NCBI GenBank assembly: GCA_050633305.1
Contig: JBOEGF010000042.1
Location: forward strand, 32,001-96,000
Direction of reading: 5' to 3'
Source of the DNA: Nannocystales bacterium
GTDB taxonomy: Bacteria > Myxococcota_A > Polyangia > Nannocystales > Nannocystaceae
DNA length: 64,000 bases
Below, piece after piece: positions 49,441 to 56,974 of this stretch. Positions within the stretch are counted from its first letter, which is position 1. Each line of letters begins with the position of its first letter. Made by a program: the position numbers and the translations under genes. The notes beneath the pieces were generated by a model. The model was not told where the DNA came from. It saw nothing but the letters and a program-made list of their open reading frames with translations, and searched no databases.

Positions 49441-49609
49441 CGAAGCCGCCAGGCATCCCCCGAGCCCCGGGTCGGAACACCCAGGCGCATGTTCGCTCCG
49501 TCCGGTCATGCTCGCGGTTCGCCTGCGCGAGGAGTCGGCCGCTTTCGGGACAGGTCGACGGCGACGGCGTTCGGGTGCCACGAAGAGTCGACGGATCGGG
49601 GTTGAGTCG
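49440..49609 (+). repeat. Direct repeat copy 2 (170 bp)
   Basis: ~96% identical to 47632-47810; ends 27 bp before the hybrid kinase start. Confidence 0.92.
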
Positions 49610-49636
49610 CCCGCCCTAGCCCTGGACAATCCGATC

Positions 49637-52063
49637 ATGAGCGCTGGGCCCATGGAACGCGACACGCTCCCGCGCGTGCTTCCGACTGGGTTGATGGATC
49701 AGCTCGACGTAGGGGTCGTCGTGCAGGGCGCAGATTCGGAGATCCTCTACGCAAACAGCCGGGCCAAGGAGCTACTCGGCGTCGAGCCAGCGGGCCGGAC
49801 ATCGTTCGATCCACGGTGGGACGTCGTTCGACCCGACGGCACCGCGTTTCCCCCCAAGCTTCGCCCAGTCGCCCGCGCGCTCTCGACAGCCGAGCCCCAG
49901 AAGGATGTGGTCCTGGGGGTGCGCCTGCCTGGCGGCGAACGCTCATGGCTTCTGGCGAATGCGGTCCCGTACATCGACCACGGCGGCAGCGTGGACTACG
50001 TCGTCGTCACGCTCAGCGACATCTCGTCTGAGAGGCGCCGCATGGCGGTGCTGCAGCAGGTCAAAGATGAGCTCGAGCAGGCGGTCTCCGAGCGGACCGC
50101 CGAGCTTGGCCGAACCGTCGAGGAGTTGCGCAGCGAGATCGCGCAACGAGAGCTGGCCGAGCAGGCGCTATCTCGGAGCGAGTCGCTGTATCGGTCTGTC
50201 CTTCGTGCGATGGCAGAGGGCGTCGCCCTCCACAACTCCGATGGGTCGATCGAGTTCGCCAACCCCGCGGCCGAGAGGATTCTTGGCCTGAGCCTGCAAC
50301 AGTTACGGGGGCTCGAGGCGGTCGACTCGCAGTGGGCGTTGCTTCAACCCGACGGCTCTCCGCTCCCTCCGGACCAGATCCCCTCCGAGATCACACGGTT
50401 GACCGGAAAGCCCTGCTCGCAACGGCTGCTCGGGGTGCGACGCAGCAACGGAGACCGAGCGTGGCTCACCGTAAACACCGACCCCATTGACGAGCTCAGC
50501 GGCGGTGTCGTCGCCACGTTCAACGATGTCTCGGAGGCCCGGGAGAATCAGCTCGCGCTCGAGAGAAGCCGACGGCAGTTCGAACAAGTCACCGGGGCCG
50601 TCCCCGGCGTGCTCTACCAGGCGCACTGGGCAGACCATGGCGCGCTCTCGGTCACCTTCGTGAGCGCGGCGGCTCAGGAAGTCCTCGGGTTCTCGGCGGA
50701 CGCCTTGAAAGCCGACCCCGGTTTGCTTGTCAGCTACATGCACGCCGACGATGCGGCGGAGGCTTTCAGCTCGGCCGAGGGTGCGCGCAGGGGCAAGAGT
50801 TCGTGGGAGTGTGACGTGCGAGTCACCCCTCCAGACGGCGAGCTGCGCTGGATTCGGAACCGTGCGGTGCCGCAGCGGGTCGGGGACGGCGTCCTCCTCA
50901 CCGGCGTCGCCCTCGATGTGACCGAGGAGCGACGCCTGGCCGGCCAGGTCCAAGCGGCGCAGCGCAGAGAAGCGATCGGAGCGGTCACAGCCGGCATCGC
51001 CCACAACTTCAACAATGCCCTCGCCGTACTTGTGCCCAACCTCGAGGAGAGCATGGCCCGGGCATCGGCCGACCTGCAGCAGCCGCTGAGCGAGTCATTG
51101 CAGGCGGCCCGTTCGGCCGGAGACCTGGTCCGACAACTCATGTTCATCGCTCGGGGCGGCGACCACGACGACGCACAACGGTTTGACCTCGGCCGGATCG
51201 TCTCCGAGTCCGCTCGTATGTTCCGCCGGTTGCTGCGCGGCCGTATCGAGGTGCGTGAACTCGTCGCCGACACGCCGCTTTGGATCAAGTGCCCACCTGG
51301 GGCTCTCCACCAGGTCCTCCTCAACATGTGCATCAACGCCCAGGACGCGCTGGCGGACATGGACGGAGGCGTGGTCGAGCTTGCGCTTTCGAGGATCGAC
51401 CTCGACGTCCATGGACGGGCGCGCTTGTTTGTGCGGGACAACGGACCGGGGATGACCGAAGACGTGCGAGCGAGGCTTGGAGAGCCTTTCTTCACCACCA
51501 AGGCACCGGGTGCGGGCACAGGCCTGGGTCTCGCCACCGCCTACACGACGATCCGAAGCCTCGCGGGCACGGTCGAGTGTCGTTCCGCCCCGGACATGGG
51601 GTGCGAGTTCACCATCGAGCTGCCCCTGTGCGACGCCGCCCCAGAAGCCTCGGAGCACCCGAGCACCCGCGAAGTCCCCCGCGATGTGGGCCGTATCCTC
51701 GTCGCGGACGATGAAAGTTTGGTCCGCGGGGCGATTGCTCGAGCCCTCTCTCGACACGGACACATGGTGGACGAAGCTGCCACAGGCGAGGAGGCTCTCG
51801 AAAGAATCCGCAGGGCCGACGCGACGTACGACGTCGCCCTCGTCGACCTCGCAATGCCGGGACTGTCGGGGGAGAAGGTCCTCGCAATCCTCGCAGAAGA
51901 ATATCCAGATCTCCCGGTCATCATCCTCAGTGGCTTTATCGACGAGACGGTCGTGCTCGACCATGCACGACTCACCTTGCTCAAGCCGGTTTCCACTGCA
52001 AGACTCTTGAGCGCAATCCAATCCGTGCTCCCGCACGAACTGGAACAAGCAGAACAATCATGA
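49637..52063 (+). CDS. PAS-PAS-PAS hybrid histidine kinase/response regulator
   Basis: Three PAS domains, H-box IAHNFNN, N-box [11 protein letters not shown]1 DNGPGM, F EPFFTTK, G2 GTGLGL, REC (DDE, DLAMP). Confidence 0.93.
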   Translation: MSAGPMERDTLPRVLPTGLMDQLDVGVVVQGADSEILYANSRAKELLGVEPAGRTSFDPRWDVVRPDGTAFPPKLRPVARALSTAEPQKDVVLGVRLPGGERSWLLANAVPYIDHGGSVDYVVVTLSDISSERRRMAVLQQVKDELEQAVSERTAELGRTVEELRSEIAQRELAEQALSRSESLYRSVLRAMAEGVALHNSDGSIEFANPAAERILGLSLQQLRGLEAVDSQWALLQPDGSPLPPDQIPSEITRLTGKPCSQRLLGVRRSNGDRAWLTVNTDPIDELSGGVVATFNDVSEARENQLALERSRRQFEQVTGAVPGVLYQAHWADHGALSVTFVSAAAQEVLGFSADALKADPGLLVSYMHADDAAEAFSSAEGARRGKSSWECDVRVTPPDGELRWIRNRAVPQRVGDGVLLTGVALDVTEERRLAGQVQAAQRREAIGAVTAGIAHNFNNALAVLVPNLEESMARASADLQQPLSESLQAARSAGDLVRQLMFIARGGDHDDAQRFDLGRIVSESARMFRRLLRGRIEVRELVADTPLWIKCPPGALHQVLLNMCINAQDALADMDGGVVELALSRIDLDVHGRARLFVRDNGPGMTEDVRARLGEPFFTTKAPGAGTGLGLATAYTTIRSLAGTVECRSAPDMGCEFTIELPLCDAAPEASEHPSTREVPRDVGRILVADDESLVRGAIARALSRHGHMVDEAATGEEALERIRRADATYDVALVDLAMPGLSGEKVLAILAEEYPDLPVIILSGFIDETVVLDHARLTLLKPVSTARLLSAIQSVLPHELEQAEQS

Positions 52064-52791
52064 CTCAGTTCGTACTCGTCCATGGGGCCTTCGAGGGAGG
52101 CTGGTGCTGGCAACGCGTCGCAAAGATCCTGCGAAACGAAGGGCACGAAGTCTTCACGCCCACGCTCACCGGATGTGGAGACCGAGCACACCTGCTCTCG
52201 CGGGACATCACGCTGGAGATGCACGTCCTCGACATCGCAGGCTTGCTGGAGATGGAGGGTCTCGACGAGGTCGTGATGGTCGGACACTCCTACGGCGGGA
52301 CCGTCGCGACCGTCGCGTCCGACCGATGCGCCTCGCAGGTCAGTCGCCTCATCTACCTCGACGCCAGCGCGCCCGGAAACGGCCAGGCGTCAACGGGTGC
52401 ATTCGCGGAGGGCACGGAGGACAAGCTCACCGAGATGGCCTCGGGCACCGACTGGCAGCTGCCGCCGCTTCCGCTCGACGCCGTTGGGATCACAGATCCG
52501 GCTGACATCGCGTGGGTCGAACCGCGCCGCCGGCCTCACCCGATCCGGACCTTGCACGAAGCCGTCGTCTTGCAACGCGGAGACGAGCCGGCGCCGTTCC
52601 CCGTTTCCTACATCAGCCACTCCGACCACGAGGCCATGGTCTCGCTGTTCGGCGTCGACCCGCTCGCCCCTTTCGTCGACAAGGCCAAAGCGCAAGGCTG
52701 GAGCCTTCGAACCCTGGAAGCGGGGCACGACGCCATGATCACCCATCCTCAGGAGGTCGCGACGGTCCTCCTCGAAGAAGCCGCCCGGTAA
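52060..52791 (+). CDS. Alpha/beta hydrolase (esterase)
   Basis: LVHGAFEGGWCW, GHSYGG nucleophile elbow, GHDAM; ATGA-coupled to the kinase gene. Confidence 0.92.
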   Translation: MTQFVLVHGAFEGGWCWQRVAKILRNEGHEVFTPTLTGCGDRAHLLSRDITLEMHVLDIAGLLEMEGLDEVVMVGHSYGGTVATVASDRCASQVSRLIYLDASAPGNGQASTGAFAEGTEDKLTEMASGTDWQLPPLPLDAVGITDPADIAWVEPRRRPHPIRTLHEAVVLQRGDEPAPFPVSYISHSDHEAMVSLFGVDPLAPFVDKAKAQGWSLRTLEAGHDAMITHPQEVATVLLEEAAR

Positions 52792-53002
52792 CGTTCTGGC
52801 TCGGTCCGCACGATCGGGCTTCGCCGCGTGCTCGCGGCAACAGCGGGCTCAGATTTCCGCGCTTTTGGCGGGTTGAGAAAACGGTGTTCGACGGTCTCGA
52901 ACATCGGTCACATCGGCCAACCGGAGCGCCTTCGCCCGTCGGCTCCCCGCGTCGAAGGCCCGCCACTCCCGACGCGGCCGATCGACTGGTAGCGTAGGTC
53001 AG

Positions 53003-54523
53003 GTGGCGGAGACCGACGGCGATCGTGGAAGACCAAGCGCAGAGCTGCGCCGCTCCGAAGAACTCTACCGCGGACTTGTCGAGGCCATGCCTTGTGGGCT
53101 CGCCCGCATCGGCACCGACGGCGCCATCCTCGACGCCAACGCAGAAGCGTGCCGCATCCTCGGCTACAAACACGACGAACTCACCGAGAAGTACACCCGC
53201 GAGTTCGATACGGTCACCCTCCACGACGACGGAAGTCCATGCCCTGAGGAGGACTATCCGGCAGTCCGGGCCATCGTCACGGGTAAGCCGCAGCCTTCGG
53301 TGGTGATCGGTGTCGGCCGGCCCGAGGCCGACACGTGTTGGGCCACGTTCACTGCCGTCCCGATCTTCGAGGACGGTGTGGTGGTGGAGGCCATCGTCAC
53401 ATTCGTCGACATCACGGAGGTCCGCCGGATGCAGAACGCCTTCCGTCAGGGGCAGAAGATGGAGGCGGTGGGCCGCCTCGCCGGAGGCGTTGCCCACGAC
53501 TTCAACAACCTTCTGACCGTGATTCTCGGCAATGTTGAAGCGCTCGGAGAGACACTCTCCGAGGGCGACGAACGGCTGCACGGCGTCGACGACATCTCTC
53601 GGGCCGCGCGTCATGCAGGTGCGCTCACTCGCCAGCTCCTGGAGTTTGCCCGGCGACGGCCGCACGCGCCCGAGGTCGTCTACGCGGAAGACGTCGTCGA
53701 TGACATCGCGACCATTTTGCCCCGGCTGCTTGGCGAGCGGGTCCACACCCAAGTCGAGCACCACGCGGCGGATCGAACACCGATCGAGATCGACCCGGAC
53801 CAGTTTCGTCGGGTCTTGATCAACCTGGGCGTCAACGCTCGCGACGCCATGCCCCAGGGTGGAAACCTGTGGATTCGAACGGGCCGCAAAGAGACCGAGA
53901 GTGGGCCGAGGCTGAGCGTCTCGGTGCGGGACGAAGGTGAGGGCATCGCCGCTGGAGACATCGAGCGCATCTTCGAACCCTTCTTCTCGACGAAGAATGA
54001 GCACGGCACCGGGCTCGGCCTGGCGACCGTGTACGGAGCCGTCACCCAGGCGGGCGGCACGATCAGCGTCAGCAACGCTGAGCCCCAGGGTGCTTTGTTC
54101 GAGATGAGCTTCCCCATCTCCTCGTCCGTACCCAAGGACGCGACCGAGACTCCGCCTGAGAAATCCCCAAGCCCGGCGGTCGTCCTCGTCGTGGAGGACG
54201 AGCCCCTCGTTCGCCGAACGACGGCGCGGGTCCTTGAGTCCGCCGGCTACGAAGTCATCGCTGCAACGAGTGGTGAAGAGGCGCTGCGACTCGCGGACAC
54301 CCAGAGGTTCGATCTGGTCCTCAGCGACGTCGTCATGCCCGGAATCAGTGGGGTCGAGCTCTCGAAGCGCCTGCGCGACATCAACCCAAAGCTTCCGGTG
54401 GTCCTGATGTCGGGCTACTCGGAAGACCTCGATGCATTCAACGGGGCGCGCTTCATCGCGAAACCCTTCGACACCCGGGGGCTTCGCCGCATCGTTCGCG
54501 AAGCGCTCAACCCGGATGACTAG
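53003..54523 (+). CDS. PAS hybrid histidine kinase/response regulator (CckA-like architecture)
   Basis: PAS, QKMEAVGRLAGGVAHDFNNLL, NARDAMP.GG, FEPFFSTK, GTGLGL, REC (EDE, DVVMP). Confidence 0.93.
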   Translation: MAETDGDRGRPSAELRRSEELYRGLVEAMPCGLARIGTDGAILDANAEACRILGYKHDELTEKYTREFDTVTLHDDGSPCPEEDYPAVRAIVTGKPQPSVVIGVGRPEADTCWATFTAVPIFEDGVVVEAIVTFVDITEVRRMQNAFRQGQKMEAVGRLAGGVAHDFNNLLTVILGNVEALGETLSEGDERLHGVDDISRAARHAGALTRQLLEFARRRPHAPEVVYAEDVVDDIATILPRLLGERVHTQVEHHAADRTPIEIDPDQFRRVLINLGVNARDAMPQGGNLWIRTGRKETESGPRLSVSVRDEGEGIAAGDIERIFEPFFSTKNEHGTGLGLATVYGAVTQAGGTISVSNAEPQGALFEMSFPISSSVPKDATETPPEKSPSPAVVLVVEDEPLVRRTTARVLESAGYEVIAATSGEEALRLADTQRFDLVLSDVVMPGISGVELSKRLRDINPKLPVVLMSGYSEDLDAFNGARFIAKPFDTRGLRRIVREALNPDD

Positions 54524-54612
54524 CGTCCTTCAGACCGGTCGCGATCCATGCGGGCAACCCAGCTGCGCTCCACCCCCGCGCTCCACCTCGTAGAACCAGG
54601 GGAAAGGGGCGG

Positions 54613-55941
54613 CTACGAGAAGCACTCCTCGAGGATCGACATGCACATCGGACCGTCGGCCATCGCCGCGGCGGCGCACGTGAGACACAGTCCGCTTGCG
54701 AGCAGCCCGGGCGCGCACGCGAGTTGGCCTTGCTCGTCGAGGTCTGCTTGGAGGAAGATCTCCGACACACAGCTTGCCGCTTCCGGTTGCTCTTCGAGCA
54801 ACGCGCAGATCGACTGACACGTCAGAAACAGGGCGTCGTCCTCACACCCGAAGGGGAATGCACAGCTCCCTGAAGGGCAGGGCGCCACGTTGCCGATCTC
54901 CGAGCCGTCTTCGCTGCACTGTGTGGCGATGCCGTCGACACACTGCGTCACCGCGCTGGGGCATGCGCAGGCACCCAAGTCGTCGAGAATCGCCTCGAGC
55001 ACCCCGTCGATTTGGCCAGGCTCGGTCGCTTGGCGAGACACGACGGTACCGCCCGCCGCCGCGATCTGGTCGAGGACGGCGAAGTCCGCCTGGTCGGAGA
55101 CGCCGACCGTGTACACCCGGACTCCGGCGGCGAAGAGACTCGAGGCGTCCAGCTCCGGCGCCGCGTCGTCGGCACAGGATTCGCCCCCGTCTGTGAGCAG
55201 GATGACCGCCTGGGCTTGATTGGGGTCTCCAAACGCGGGGGCGAGACCTTGCAGTCCAGCGGTGAGCGGCGTGGCCGAGTCTGTCGTGGGAGGATCGATC
55301 GAGGCGGCAAGTCCGCCCCAACGTGTTGCGATGCCTTCGATGTCTCCTGGCTCGCATCCCGCGCTGGGGAACATTCGGAGACCTTGCTCTGCTCGGTTTC
55401 CGAGGTACTGGCTGAACGCCTCCAGTTCACCGGAGACCCGGGACCAGTCTCCGTTGGCCAGCAAGCTGTCCGAGCGATCGACGACGAACAGCAGCTCCGG
55501 GACGCGGCACGCCGCGGCAACACAACGGCCCGCGACGCAGACTTCTTCGCCGTTGCATGGGATATCTTCACCCCAGCGGTTGGCGCCTTCGTCCGTATCC
55601 CAACCGCACGCCTGTTGCGCCGTACCGTCCGCACTGCAACGAAGCTCTGCCCTCGTGCACGCGTCGGCTGCAGGGGACCCGGTGGAGTCGCTGGAGGCTC
55701 CGCCCTCACCGGACGGCGAAGGAGACGAGGCGCCTCCCGACGCAGAGGCACCCCCGGTCGTCGGAGCGGGTCCGCTCCCCCCTTCAGACACCGCAGGCGC
55801 CCCGCTCGAGCCGTCGGTGTCAGTGCCGGTGTCGGTGTCGCCCGCAGAGGACACCGTGCATGCCAGCAGGGGCGAACAAGCGGCGAGCCCGGCGGCGACG
55901 AGAACGCGGAGGTAGGCGGGAAACGAACGGGAAAGGGCCAT
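54613..55941 (-). CDS. vWA-domain Cys-rich lipoprotein
   Basis: Lipobox LLAC, S/G/T linker, MIDAS DRSDS, TPL, LLTDGGESC, AAAGGT; Cys-rich flanks. Confidence 0.85.
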   Translation of the reverse strand: MALSRSFPAYLRVLVAAGLAACSPLLACTVSSAGDTDTGTDTDGSSGAPAVSEGGSGPAPTTGGASASGGASSPSPSGEGGASSDSTGSPAADACTRAELRCSADGTAQQACGWDTDEGANRWGEDIPCNGEEVCVAGRCVAAACRVPELLFVVDRSDSLLANGDWSRVSGELEAFSQYLGNRAEQGLRMFPSAGCEPGDIEGIATRWGGLAASIDPPTTDSATPLTAGLQGLAPAFGDPNQAQAVILLTDGGESCADDAAPELDASSLFAAGVRVYTVGVSDQADFAVLDQIAAAGGTVVSRQATEPGQIDGVLEAILDDLGACACPSAVTQCVDGIATQCSEDGSEIGNVAPCPSGSCAFPFGCEDDALFLTCQSICALLEEQPEAASCVSEIFLQADLDEQGQLACAPGLLASGLCLTCAAAAMADGPMCMSILEECFS

Positions 55942-56060
55942 CCCACCCTGGTGGGGGAGGCGGCTCGAATGTCGCAGGGCGCGGGGGTGAGCGCGCGCAC
56001 GGAGGGCCGTGGCCACAACCTGCCGCCTTCGAAGGTCGCGGTAACCGAACGTTGGTCCGC

Positions 56061-56948
56061 TCACGTTTTCTGGGCGAGTACCCGCTCCAGTGTCAGCTCG
56101 ATCTGACTCTGAACGAGGCGGGCGATGCTGCCTGCGTCCCGTTCGTCGAGCTGGAGCGCGCGCGCGAGGCCCTCCAGCGTCCGCGTCCGCACCCGTTCTT
56201 TTGCGCTGGCGACCCAACGGGCTGCCGTGGAGCGGTGGACACCGTGAAGCTCGCCCAGGGCGTCGATTGTCACGCGCCCGACGAAGTAATGGCGCAACAG
56301 GTTGCGGTCTCTCGCGTCCAGGCTGGCGAGGGCCTCGGCGAACGCCCGTCGAAACGGCGCACGGTAATGACCCTTCAGATGTTCGAGTTCCGGGTCGGCG
56401 TTTTCCACCAGGTCCCGCAGGCCTTCGTCGCTGGACGGTCGTTCGCGTGCGGTCGCGTGGGCGGCGGTGCGGACGGCGACCGAGCGAACCCAACGCCGCA
56501 GCGATCCGCGGCCCGAGTAGCCCGCGATACCCGGCCTCTGGGTCGCGCCACCGACAACCGCATGGGTGAGGACGCGCTGGACGGCCTCGTCGGCCGAGTC
56601 GGACGCCGTGCCCGCACCGCGCAGTGCCCGATGGGCGTCGTCGAAGAACTGCGCACGAAACACCGCGACAGCGTGTTCGTCTTGGCGGGCGCACCCAAAC
56701 GCCAGGTAGAGGTCTTCGAGTTTGAGTGCTCCGACCTCCAGCACGCTGCCAAGACCGGCAAGCTCGACCCGGCTCGCGAGATACCGAACGAACGCGAGGT
56801 CATCGAGGCCGAGCCCTGGCCATGCTCGGTGGCCGCGCGCAAGCCAAGCTTCGATCGCACTCTCCAGCTCGTCTGCATCGAATTCGGCGAGCGGATGGGC
56901 GTCGCCCAACGTTTCGACGAAGGCATTGCGCAACGGGCGTTGCATCAT
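56061..56948 (-). CDS. Myxococcales-type sigma-70/ECF-like factor with N-terminal extension
   Basis: EDLYLAFGC, YSGRGSLRRWVR.VAVR, DPELEHLK..YR..F..AF, RNLLR, HGVHRSTAARWV. Confidence 0.9.
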   Translation of the reverse strand: MMQRPLRNAFVETLGDAHPLAEFDADELESAIEAWLARGHRAWPGLGLDDLAFVRYLASRVELAGLGSVLEVGALKLEDLYLAFGCARQDEHAVAVFRAQFFDDAHRALRGAGTASDSADEAVQRVLTHAVVGGATQRPGIAGYSGRGSLRRWVRSVAVRTAAHATARERPSSDEGLRDLVENADPELEHLKGHYRAPFRRAFAEALASLDARDRNLLRHYFVGRVTIDALGELHGVHRSTAARWVASAKERVRTRTLEGLARALQLDERDAGSIARLVQSQIELTLERVLAQKT

Positions 56949-56974
56949 CGCATCCTAGCAAACAGCGAGCCTCG

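Noticed and set aside
47632..49609. CRISPR or IS interpretation of the direct repeats
   Set aside because: Only two copies, far too long and too widely spaced for CRISPR; no cas or transposase gene and no clear terminal inverted repeats.
48878..49636. 253-aa N-terminal extension of the hybrid kinase ORF
   Set aside because: Runs through pseudogene debris and the repeat, Arg-rich and non-domain-like; the real start is most likely ATG 49637 or 49652.
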